A stretch of 64,000 nt of DNA from an uncultured Eubacteriales bacterium. GTDB taxonomy: Bacteria; Bacillota; Clostridia; Christensenellales; CAG-138. The notes below the pieces were generated by a model. The model saw only the letters and a list, made by a program, of their open reading frames with translations. It ran no database searches and was not told the origin of the DNA. Within the stretch, counting starts at the first letter, position 1. Every line of letters begins with the position of its first letter. Made by a program: the position numbers and the translations under genes. The DNA is taken from contig OW818651.1 in NCBI GenBank assembly GCA_942492885.1, forward strand, positions 2,479,513-2,543,512, given 5' to 3'. Shown here piece after piece: positions 8,699 through 17,364 of the stretch.

Positions 8699-10687
8699 AT
8701 GCAGCACAAGCGAAAAATCGTAACATGCGTCATATCCCTCCTGCTCGTCACGCTGATGCTGGCGTTGTTTGGCTGCGCGGGTGAGACGGTGCATGCGCTT
8801 GACTATTCTTTGGAGAGCGAGCTGTATACCGAGCAACCGGAGGCGACAGCCCAAACCGAACCCACGCCGGAAGAACCCGCCGTGAGTGATACACCGGAGG
8901 TTTTGCCGACGCCGTCGCCCGAGAGTTTATCGACCGCTTCACCCACCCCTACCGCACCGGATACGACACCGGAGGTCACGGACGGCACGGGAGATGCTAC
9001 CGAAACACCGCTGCCTTCCCAAACGCCGGAATTGCACCGGCTGACGGTTTTTGCGCAGGATGCTTCCGCTGCGGCGCTGGCCGGCGCGCGCGTGACGCTG
9101 TTTCAGGACGGGGCGCTGCTCTTCTCCGGCATGACCGGAAGCGACGGAAACGTCGCCTGGATGCTTCCGCAAGGCCACACCTATCGAGTCAAAGCCGCAT
9201 TGTCCGACTATCAGACCAGCGACGGGGACGGCGGCACCTATGATATGACGCAGGACGTTCATGTGAAGATCACGCTCGTGCAGAGCAATCCGGACGGAGA
9301 CGATACCGCAACGCCTACCCCGCTCCCCGTGCCGGATGGCGCGCCGGGCAACGTGGTCATCACCGCTGGCGATGTTACGATTCAGCCGAAACAGGCGTTT
9401 GCCCTGCTGGACGGCGTAAGCGCACAGACGGAGTTTGACCAGCCCGTGGCGGTTTGGGTCGTGGACAACGGCGGATTCCGCGCGGACACACCGGGGGTCT
9501 ATACCGTGACCTATGGTTCGTTTGAGGAAGGCGCACTTGTCACCGTGACGCGCGCGGTTACAGTAGCGGGCGAGACATCCGAAATACCGGCGGAAGAGCA
9601 GGTAAGGGCACCCTCCGGCAGCAGTCAGGAACGCTATGAGATTTTGTTGGCGTATCGCGCCGAGGTCGGGGATCAGCTCGCGCAGCGCATCGCCGCGCTG
9701 AACGCCGCGTATGAGCAAAAGGTGGAGGAGGCGCAGGCCGAGAACGCCGAGGCGCGCATCCTTGCCGCAGCAGAGGCGGAGAACGACACAGACGACATGA
9801 CCAACGCGGCAGAGGATGTTCAGCCGACGCTGAATGTTCGGGTGACCAACTGGCCGGATGTGCTGGCGACGTTTCTCGCGCAGAATGTAGCGTATGAATC
9901 GAATCCGCTGAACATGGAGCACCTGCTCAACATTTCACTGGATGAACTCGACAGCGTGTTTTGGGATATGAACCAGATCGAAGTATTCCGCATGGACGGA
10001 ACGGCAAACGTTCTGCTCAGCGCGAAATCATATGAAGACATGGCGGACGTGTACGACATGAACACCGGACGCAGAACCTTCCTTTATGAGCTCATGCAGC
10101 CGGAGTTTCAGCGCACGTTTGCCTCGATGACGGGAAACATCGCGTTTACCGAGGCGAGCAAAGAGAGCATCGACGCGTTGCTCTCCGCCCTGCCGGAGGA
10201 CACCAATGTCGAGCGGCAGCAGGTAGTGGAGACAGCCCTTTCGCTCACCGGCAAGATCTCCTATGTCTTTGGCGGAAAATACAACCGCCTGGGCTGGAAC
10301 AACGAGTGGGGCAACGCAAACGAGGCGCAGACGGGCGAGGTGGCGAGAATCTCACGCTCCGAGGGTCTGGATTGCAGCGGATTTGTCAGCTGGGTGTTCA
10401 TCAACGCAATCGGCGATCCGTCGGCGCTGAGCGTCATCGGCAACGGATCTAGCAACCAGTGGGCGCACTCCACCGCAATCGGCTGGGACGAAGGGCGTCC
10501 CGGCGATCTGGCGTTCTATTGCGCGCCGGGCGAGCGACAATACAACCACATCGGCATCATCGTCTCGATCGATGAGGACGGCAGCTATCTGGTGGCGCAC
10601 TGCTCCTCCCTGCAGGATGGCGTGGTCGTAACAGACGGCTGGAGCACAGGGTTTCGCTATCTGCGCAGGCCCGCAATCTTCCGGTAA
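8699..10687 (+). CDS. Modular lipoprotein with C-terminal NlpC/P60 peptidoglycan hydrolase domain
   Basis: Signal with LFGC lipobox; P/T/E-rich linker; beta-sandwich/Ig-like segments (PGVYTVTY); GLDCSGFVSW...HIGI...AHC catalytic motifs. Confidence 0.8.
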   Translation: MQHKRKIVTCVISLLLVTLMLALFGCAGETVHALDYSLESELYTEQPEATAQTEPTPEEPAVSDTPEVLPTPSPESLSTASPTPTAPDTTPEVTDGTGDATETPLPSQTPELHRLTVFAQDASAAALAGARVTLFQDGALLFSGMTGSDGNVAWMLPQGHTYRVKAALSDYQTSDGDGGTYDMTQDVHVKITLVQSNPDGDDTATPTPLPVPDGAPGNVVITAGDVTIQPKQAFALLDGVSAQTEFDQPVAVWVVDNGGFRADTPGVYTVTYGSFEEGALVTVTRAVTVAGETSEIPAEEQVRAPSGSSQERYEILLAYRAEVGDQLAQRIAALNAAYEQKVEEAQAENAEARILAAAEAENDTDDMTNAAEDVQPTLNVRVTNWPDVLATFLAQNVAYESNPLNMEHLLNISLDELDSVFWDMNQIEVFRMDGTANVLLSAKSYEDMADVYDMNTGRRTFLYELMQPEFQRTFASMTGNIAFTEASKESIDALLSALPEDTNVERQQVVETALSLTGKISYVFGGKYNRLGWNNEWGNANEAQTGEVARISRSEGLDCSGFVSWVFINAIGDPSALSVIGNGSSNQWAHSTAIGWDEGRPGDLAFYCAPGERQYNHIGIIVSIDEDGSYLVAHCSSLQDGVVVTDGWSTGFRYLRRPAIFR

Positions 10688-10764
10688 AGGCTTTATAAAC
10701 AGAGAAATCGTAAAAAAAAGCCCATAAATGAGGAAATTTTAGTAAAAATACGCCTGAAAACGCA

Positions 10765-10793
10765 TTGAAAAATAAAATAGATTACATTATAAT
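10765..10793 (+). promoter_or_regulatory. sigmaA-type promoter
   Basis: TTGAAA-17-TATAAT near the start of the 1.15-kb intergenic region. Confidence 0.5.
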
Positions 10794-11571
10794 CGAAAAT
10801 GTAACGATCGAATGTATGAATAATTATTGTATATGTAGCAAAATCGAGCGACGCAAATGCTTTTCTACAAGAAAAATTACATTGTAACGGCCATATACGG
10901 CAATCCGGCGTGCATAATCACTTGACAACTGTGTCTGAATTTGGTATTTTTTAGACTGTGTGGATTTGTACTTTCATCCAATACCACCAAGCAAACGCAA
11001 ACCAACCTCCGCGGCATACTGTTAATATTTCATGAACTTTAACGGATTTTTATACAATCGCCGCGCACTTCGGTTAATATTAGAAAAAGAGCAGAACAAG
11101 AGGGTTTTTTCGGGGATTCATACCAGATAGAACGAAGAAAACCTTAAAAAATTAATGTATATTAAGTAACTATCATGCGCCATACAACAGAGTTGACAAT
11201 ACGCGAAAAGACAGTGATTCGTCACAATTGACCCAAACTCTACAGCAAATGCAACATCAGCATGAAGATGCGTGACGAACCTATTCACTCACAACCGGTA
11301 GTGTATGCAGTATTTCAGAACACAACATGCAGTTGCCGGAGCAAGATACGTTAATAGAACCAGCTGTTGGAGCGAGCAATAAATATACAATTTTTGTGAA
11401 ACAATGAACAGTATTTGATACAAGACTTATTGTGATTCAACCAAGTATAGCGAGACCCCATCATGTTTTCAAACCATAGCGGCAGGTTTGAGAATCCTCG
11501 ATGAAACAGCCGCAGCATCCCCAAGCCGGATTCACGTTGCACCTTGATAGCTGTATATAAGTGCGATTCTT

Positions 11572-11662
11572 CCCACGCAAATGGCACAACCCGCGAAAGC
11601 GGGCGTCGCAAAGCTATAGGGCCTACCGGCATTCACTTGCCCACGGCAGCCAGTTTCCGAAT
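11572..11662 (+). ncRNA. c-di-GMP-I (GEMM) riboswitch aptamer
   Basis: CACGCAAAUGGCACAA-CCCGC-GAAA-GCGGG-CGUCGCAAAGCUAUAGGGCCUA...ACGGCAGCCAGUUUCCGA. P2 has a GNRA loop, the GCAAAG junction is present, and the G20/A47/C92 equivalents fall at 11583/11610/11657. Confidence 0.88.
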
Positions 11663-11722
11663 GAAGAACTCACGTTTCACACGATCAGCCGGGAACGGTT
11701 TGGTTGTGTTTCAAAAAAACGG

Positions 11723-11767
11723 TGGCGGTTCAGATTCATTGGGAATTTGAGCCGTTGTTCTTTTTTT
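11723..11767 (+). terminator. Putative riboswitch expression-platform terminator
   Basis: GU-rich stem tggcggttca/tgagccgttg followed by T7, between the aptamer and the peptidase gene. Confidence 0.45.
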
Positions 11768-11837
11768 GAACGGCTATCGAAAAAATTCTATCGTTTTATG
11801 GTGTTGACTACTTTTGATCGATTGAGGAGAGACAAAC

Positions 11838-12464
11838 ATGCAGGCTTTGCTGCCGGTGATCTACGGCGCTGCACTGGGCGCCATTCTGGCAGTCCCCGCG
11901 CGGCTCCTCTACGGGTTCTTACTCAAACAGCGCGGCATCGCCGGGCAGATGGAGCGCAAGCACTTCTGGATGTTGCTTGCAGGTATGGCGCTCATCGGCG
12001 GAGTGATCGGCTGGCGGGCGGGGGTTACCTTCCGCGGGCTATACCTCATGCTGCTGCTGCTGGTCGCGGGGCTGGCGTTTTTGATCGATGCGAAGCACCG
12101 CATCATCCCAAACGAGCTTGTGCTCGCAATTCTGGTTCTAGCCGCGGTGTTCGGGCTGACCGGGGTGATACGATTCCAGATTTGGAATTCCCTGCTAGGG
12201 CTCGCCGTATGCTTCGTCATTTTCTTTCTTCCGGGCCTGTTTGGAAAGCAGGTAGGCGCGGGGGATGTCAAGCTGGCAGCCGCGATGGGGTTTGCGCTTG
12301 GGCTAAAGGGCAGTCTGTACGCGATTGCGTGCATGGGCGCTCTGGTGCTGCTCTATGTTTTTCTAAACTGGCGCATACCGTTTGCGCAGCGGCTCAAGAC
12401 GATGATCCCGATGGGGCCGTTTCTGGCGCTTGCGCTGGTCGCAATGTCGATCATATTGGTCTAG
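11838..12464 (+). CDS. Type IV prepilin peptidase (A24 family, TadV/CpaA-like)
   Basis: Polytopic membrane protein with IDAKHRIIPN and GAGDVKL aspartate motifs; upstream of flp genes. Confidence 0.88.
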   Translation: MQALLPVIYGAALGAILAVPARLLYGFLLKQRGIAGQMERKHFWMLLAGMALIGGVIGWRAGVTFRGLYLMLLLLVAGLAFLIDAKHRIIPNELVLAILVLAAVFGLTGVIRFQIWNSLLGLAVCFVIFFLPGLFGKQVGAGDVKLAAAMGFALGLKGSLYAIACMGALVLLYVFLNWRIPFAQRLKTMIPMGPFLALALVAMSIILV

Positions 12465-12692
12465 GAGCAAAACTGGGACCAAATAGCGCGGAAATACCAG
12501 CGACTCAAAAAGTCGACGCTCGTTGCGGAACAGGGAACAATTTTACGGTGCGATCAAAATGAACCTACTCTTGATCGTCGCCGTGCATATTTCGCTGCTT
12601 GGCACCGTTGTTGGAACGATCTTGTTACAAGATTCGGGATAACGCGTGGCAACAGGCCTGCGGAAAATTTCGTGGAAAGGAGGATTACTTGA

Positions 12693-12845
12693 ATGAAAAA
12701 GTTTTTCATGAATGAAGAGGGCCAGGGTATGGTCGAATACGGCCTGATCATCGCGCTCGTCGCGGTTGTCGTCATTGGTGCCATTGCGGCGCTGGGCGGT
12801 GGCGTTGGCAACACCTTTAACTCGATCGTCGGTAATCTGGATTAA
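12693..12845 (+). CDS. flp: Flp/Fap type IVb pilin 1 (50 aa; absent from ORF track)
   Basis: Hand translation MKKFFMNEEGQG-MVEYGLIIALVAVVVIGAIAALGGGVGNTFNSIVGNLD; G|xxEY Flp motif; SD AAAGGAGG. Confidence 0.93.
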   Translation: MKKFFMNEEGQGMVEYGLIIALVAVVVIGAIAALGGGVGNTFNSIVGNLD

Positions 12846-12885
12846 TTAAACCATAGGAAAACTCAAGGGAAGAGGAAGCAGGACG

Positions 12886-13038
12886 ATGGATCGTTTCGTT
12901 TTGAATGAAGAGGGTCAGGGCATGGTTGAATACGCACTGATCATTCTGCTTGTTGCGCTTGTCGTGATCGGCGGACTAACGCTGATGGGCACAAACGTTG
13001 CTGCGTTTTTCAACGATTTTAGCAATAATTTCTTGTGA
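12886..13038 (+). CDS. flp: Flp/Fap type IVb pilin 2 (50 aa; absent from ORF track)
   Basis: Hand translation MDRFVLNEEGQG-MVEYALIILLVALVVIGGLTLMGTNVAAFFNDFSNNFL. Confidence 0.92.
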   Translation: MDRFVLNEEGQGMVEYALIILLVALVVIGGLTLMGTNVAAFFNDFSNNFL

Positions 13039-13173
13039 GAAAACGAAGCAGGTGCGTACCGGAACACGGCGATGCTATCGAGCGCTTTGAATAGGCGAAT
13101 ACGCCTTACCCCTAACACAATTCGTTCGAAACGATTTGCGTTACATTCGTTTTGTGTGTACTTCCCTGGGTGG

Positions 13174-13415
13174 GAGGATTCCAAAAACTGACCTTGTTCG
13201 AGCTGCCGCATCGGCTGACTGCTCGTCTAGCCGGCGCGAACAGATCAGAGCCAGGATTTCCGGAATGAGAGCGACCGTTGGTAACATGGCCGTTCTCATT
13301 CCGGCACTCAGCATTTAACCGGAATCCTCAGTATCTCTGGCGCTGCGACAACAGAATTGCGCTTGCCGCGCGAGAGATGCTGATGATGAGATGCCTGATC
13401 CTGTAGGCAGGAGGG
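13174..13415 (+). ncRNA. Candidate structured RNA / cis-regulatory element of unknown class
   Basis: Several long helices found by eye (13174-82/13321-29; 13188-200/13237-48; 13260-70/13294-304; 13331-48/13363-80). No credible ORF. Confidence 0.45.
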
Positions 13416-13422
13416 AGAAACC

Positions 13423-13854
13423 ATGGAGCAATCGATTGTTGGAAAACCATCTAAGAAGATACGTCGGGAGAACGGTCAGGCGGCCGTAGAGCTGGCTCTT
13501 GTGCTTCCGCTCTTATTATTGTTGATCTTCGGTATGCTGGAGATGGGCTGGCTCGCCTCCACACGGCAGGTGATGGATACCATGACGCGCGAGGCAACCC
13601 GCGCGGGAACAGTAGCCGCGACCACCACCGCCGCAACGACCGCCGTCAATGCCGCCGTCACGAAGATCAAACCGGCTTATTTGACAAATACGGTTACGGT
13701 CACCGTCACGTTCTCCACGCCTTCCAACTTTAAGGCCGGAGACATCACGGTCACCACGGCCTACGATCTGCCGACCTTGACACCGATTACCGCATTTCTC
13801 GCCCCCGGGGGCAGCTTTCACATCGTATCGACGAGTACGATGAAGGTTGGCTAG
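13423..13854 (+). CDS. tadE: TadE-like pseudopilin
   Basis: RENGQAAVELALVLPLLLLLIFGMLE class III signal and TREATRAG motif. Confidence 0.88.
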   Translation: MEQSIVGKPSKKIRRENGQAAVELALVLPLLLLLIFGMLEMGWLASTRQVMDTMTREATRAGTVAATTTAATTAVNAAVTKIKPAYLTNTVTVTVTFSTPSNFKAGDITVTTAYDLPTLTPITAFLAPGGSFHIVSTSTMKVG

Positions 13855-14034
13855 CGGGGAATCCCATTATCGCCACCAGAGACGTTGCAGGCTGGCCAGC
13901 CGAAAAACCGATCGGATTACGGCGGTGCAGGCCGGACACGAAATATTGGAATGCCGGAAAGAGATCGGATCGTTTGCACTTTGCAAGCCAAAGTCGGCGG
14001 ACATCCGTTCAACTGATCCGGCAGGAGGGCTCTC

Positions 14035-14811
14035 ATGAAAAAAATTGTCTTGTTCGCCCTGATCGCCGCGCTTTGCGCGGGCGCGTTGCTCTATTTTTAT
14101 CTGGGCAATCTCGAAGCGCAAAAAGAGGTGAAGGTGGAGTACGACAACGTGGTTGTTGCCTTGACCAACATCCCCGCTTATACGCCGATCACGGCTGACA
14201 TGGTCACATTCAAGCAGGTGCCGCTGGGATATGCGCATCCGCTTGCCGCGCACACGCTCGAAGAAGTCGTAAACTACGTGACCGAGAGCGACATCATCGA
14301 GGGCGAGCAGCTATTGCCCGCCAAGCTCAAGCAATATGGTGAGGCCGACAGCGGACTATCGTATGTCGTGCCGGAAGGCTTGCGCGCGGTGACCGTCGGG
14401 GTCGATGAAGTCACCGGCGTCGCTGGATTTTTGCAGCGCGGGGATTATGTAGACGTCATCTCCTACACCACCACGACCTATCTGCCTGCCGAGGCACCAG
14501 TTGTCCCGGAAGGCGAAGAACCCACGGCAGCCCAGCTGCCGCAAACGCTGAGCACCACGCTGGTTGCCGCGCAGAATGTACGCGTGGCAGCGGTCGGCAT
14601 GTCTCTCTCGGGCAACGCGACGACGGCGGAAGGCGAGCCGGTCACCGGATACGGCAGCGTGACGCTGCTATTGACGCCGGAGGACACCATGCGTGTGGTG
14701 CAGGGTGCAAGAAGTGGCGCGATCATCCTGATTCTGCGTGCGACGGGCGACCATACGCCTAACACGGAAGAACCGGTCATCAACGATATGCTATTGGTCC
14801 AGGCACAGTAA
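14035..14811 (+). CDS. cpaB: Flp pilus assembly protein CpaB/RcpC (SAF domain)
   Basis: VVVALTNIPAYTPIT (SAF), GLRAVTVGVDEVTGVAGFLQRGDYVDVI, SVTLLLTPED. Confidence 0.92.
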   Translation: MKKIVLFALIAALCAGALLYFYLGNLEAQKEVKVEYDNVVVALTNIPAYTPITADMVTFKQVPLGYAHPLAAHTLEEVVNYVTESDIIEGEQLLPAKLKQYGEADSGLSYVVPEGLRAVTVGVDEVTGVAGFLQRGDYVDVISYTTTTYLPAEAPVVPEGEEPTAAQLPQTLSTTLVAAQNVRVAAVGMSLSGNATTAEGEPVTGYGSVTLLLTPEDTMRVVQGARSGAIILILRATGDHTPNTEEPVINDMLLVQAQ

Positions 14812-14819
14812 GGGGAAAC

Positions 14820-15947
14820 ATGAACAGCATTCGCATCATGTTGGCAGCCACATCTGCCGACGACAGAAAACTAATCTCCGGCTTGTTGACGGACGAAGCC
14901 TTGCGCGTCGTCAGCTCCTTCCGTCCGGATGGCGACGGGTTGAAGAAGGCATCTTCGCAGCCTGCGGATGTGCTTTTGATCGGAACCCGCGCGCTGCCGA
15001 CGCAGGAGCTGGATTTTGCGGAGCGGATGTTTACGACGCGAAGCGACATCACGATTCTCCTGCTTGCTCCCGCGCTGGACAGCCGCACGCTCGCCCGCGC
15101 GATGGAATGCGGTATTGCCCGCGTGATCGATATCGACAGCAGTGAACACGACATCTGCACCCATATCATGACCGCGGCAAACCGTGACCAGAACCGCCGC
15201 ACCTGTACACAAAAAATCGCAAGCTATGACTCCAAGATCATCGCGTGCTATTCGCCCAAGGGCGGCGTCGGCAAAACCACGCTCGCGGTCAATTTGGCAT
15301 ATGCGCTTGCAACCCTGAATAAAAAAATTGCGCTGATCGATCTGAGCTTGCAGTTCGGAGAGGTTGGCGTTTTTTTGGATATTCCAAAGGGCGACACCAT
15401 TGCGGACATGGTGGAGGAGCACTCCTTTGAGCTTTCCACCATCAAGAGCTATCTCATTCGCCATCAAAGCGGTATGCAGGTCATGCTCTCGAGCAGTTCG
15501 CCGGAGTATGCCGAGCTGATCCAGCCGGTACATGTCAACTCTATTCTTTCTACGCTCAGGACAGAGTTTGACTATGTCGTCGTCGACATGGGCGTCGCCT
15601 TCGGCGATTGCGCCATTGCGGCGATGGAGACCGCGGATACGATTCTACTGGTGGTCAACGAGGATATCGCCTCTTTGCACGACGCAAAGCGCAGCATCAA
15701 GGTGCTCGAGGCGCTCAACCAGCAGGACAAGCTGAAGATCGTCGTCAACAAGGACGGCATCTCGACCATCACAGTCAAAAACGTTGCAAACCTTTTAGAG
15801 GCAACGCCCGTGCTTGTGATTCCGTTTGATCTCAAAGCGGCCATGCTCGCGATCAACCGCGGAATTCCGATGCTCAGCTGCGCGCCGAATTCCAAGGCGA
15901 GCAAGGTGATTCGTGAATATGCGCACTCCTTGATTCGGAGGGCATAA
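14820..15947 (+). CDS. cpaE: TadZ/CpaE-like receiver-ParA/MinD ATPase
   Basis: N-terminal receiver-like fold, deviant Walker A SPKGGVGKTT, LIDLSLQFG; position in the tad operon. Confidence 0.88.
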   Translation: MNSIRIMLAATSADDRKLISGLLTDEALRVVSSFRPDGDGLKKASSQPADVLLIGTRALPTQELDFAERMFTTRSDITILLLAPALDSRTLARAMECGIARVIDIDSSEHDICTHIMTAANRDQNRRTCTQKIASYDSKIIACYSPKGGVGKTTLAVNLAYALATLNKKIALIDLSLQFGEVGVFLDIPKGDTIADMVEEHSFELSTIKSYLIRHQSGMQVMLSSSSPEYAELIQPVHVNSILSTLRTEFDYVVVDMGVAFGDCAIAAMETADTILLVVNEDIASLHDAKRSIKVLEALNQQDKLKIVVNKDGISTITVKNVANLLEATPVLVIPFDLKAAMLAINRGIPMLSCAPNSKASKVIREYAHSLIRRA

Positions 15948-15949
15948 GC

Positions 15950-17260
15950 ATGGGATTGCTGGAGCGCCTGGATAAAAAAACACCCGCCTTGCAGACCGGT
16001 GCGGGAACGCAGACGGAGGCGGACGAAACCGCGGCTCTGCGCGACCGGGTTCATTATCAGGTTGTTGAGACGCTCAATAAGCGCGATGAAAAGCACAGCG
16101 GCGGCACGAACGAAGTCGATACGCGCTCCATCATCGAATCCGCGCTGGAGCAGCACGCCTCCAGCATGGCGCGGCCGGAACGCAACCGCATCGCGGTGGA
16201 GATCTACGATTCCATCCGCGGCTTAGGCCCGCTGGAGAAACTGCTTTCCGACGAAACGGTCACGGAAATCATGGTCAACGGAGCCAAGCAGGTCTTCGTA
16301 GAGCGCAAGGGCAAGCTGATGCAAACCGACGTCACGTTTTATGACAACGAGCAACTGCTCAACGTCATCGACCGCATCGTCTCTCCCCTTGGGCGGCATA
16401 TCGACGAAGCAAACCCGATGGTCGACGCGCGCCTGACCGACGGTTCGCGCGTCAACGCGGTCATCGCGCCGCTTTCGCTCAAAGGGCCGCTGCTCACGAT
16501 TCGAAAGTTTTCCAAGACGCCGCTTTCGATTGAAGACCTGATCAACTACGGCAGCCTTAATGTCAAGATGGCGGCGTTTCTCGAATGCTGCGTCAAGGGC
16601 AGAATGAACATGGTCGTTTCCGGCGGTACCGGCAGCGGAAAAACAACGCTGTTGAATGTACTCTCCGCCTTTATTCCATATGACGAGCGCATCGTAACCA
16701 TCGAGGATGCGGCGGAAATCCAGCTGCAACAGGCGCATGTGCTCACGCTCGAAGCGCGCCCGTCAAACCTCGAAGGTACGGGTGAAATCACCATCCGCGA
16801 TCTGGTGCGAAACGCGCTGCGTATGCGACCCGATCGCATCATCGTCGGCGAGGTACGTGGCGGTGAAGCGCTGGACATGCTCCAGGCGATGAACACCGGC
16901 CACGATGGCTCCCTCACCACAGGCCACGCAAACTCCACGCGGGACATGCTCGCGCGTTTGGAAACCATGGTGCTCATGGCGGGCATGAACCTGCCTTTGC
17001 CTGCCATCCGGCAGCAGATTTCATCTGCAATCGATATCATCGTGCAGCAATCCCGTATGCGCGACGGTAGCCGCAAAATCATCGGCATCAGCGAAGTGAC
17101 CGGCATGGAAGGCGACGTGATCGTCACACAGGAGATTTTCGCCTATGACTATGGCGACGGGCGTTCACCCGGACGCTTCCGCGCAACCGGCATCAAGCCG
17201 CGCTGCAGCGACAAGCTCGTCGCGGCGGGCGCAGGGCTCAAGGACGAATGGTTCCACTAA
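15950..17260 (+). CDS. cpaF: Tad pilus assembly ATPase TadA/CpaF
   Basis: EIMVNG, GGTGSGKTT Walker A, ALRMRPDRIIVGEVRG, AMNTGHDGS. Confidence 0.96.
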   Translation: MGLLERLDKKTPALQTGAGTQTEADETAALRDRVHYQVVETLNKRDEKHSGGTNEVDTRSIIESALEQHASSMARPERNRIAVEIYDSIRGLGPLEKLLSDETVTEIMVNGAKQVFVERKGKLMQTDVTFYDNEQLLNVIDRIVSPLGRHIDEANPMVDARLTDGSRVNAVIAPLSLKGPLLTIRKFSKTPLSIEDLINYGSLNVKMAAFLECCVKGRMNMVVSGGTGSGKTTLLNVLSAFIPYDERIVTIEDAAEIQLQQAHVLTLEARPSNLEGTGEITIRDLVRNALRMRPDRIIVGEVRGGEALDMLQAMNTGHDGSLTTGHANSTRDMLARLETMVLMAGMNLPLPAIRQQISSAIDIIVQQSRMRDGSRKIIGISEVTGMEGDVIVTQEIFAYDYGDGRSPGRFRATGIKPRCSDKLVAAGAGLKDEWFH

Positions 17261-17364
17261 ACCCGTTTGAGATGATAAACGAAACGGGTGAGTGGACGAA
17301 ACCCGGCCCGCGCGGCAAACGCGGTTAAACCAAAACAAGATTTTTCAGAGAGGAGATGAAGCAC

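Noticed and set aside
12915-13211. Minus-strand ORFs over the pilin region (also 12554-12814)
   Set aside because: Shadows of the plus-strand flp genes; no SD or recognisable domain.
13278-13406. Short frame containing ALAARE, possible decayed tadE copy
   Set aside because: No class III signal or hydrophobic helix; probably chance within the structured element.
13380-13420. CTGATGA...GAAA hammerhead-like core
   Set aside because: Stem II does not close properly next to the core, and I find no stems I/III with a cleavage triplet.
17260-17345. Hairpin plus CGAAAC motifs between cpaF and tadB (ribozyme?)
   Set aside because: The CUGANGA core is absent; an ordinary intercistronic hairpin is sufficient.
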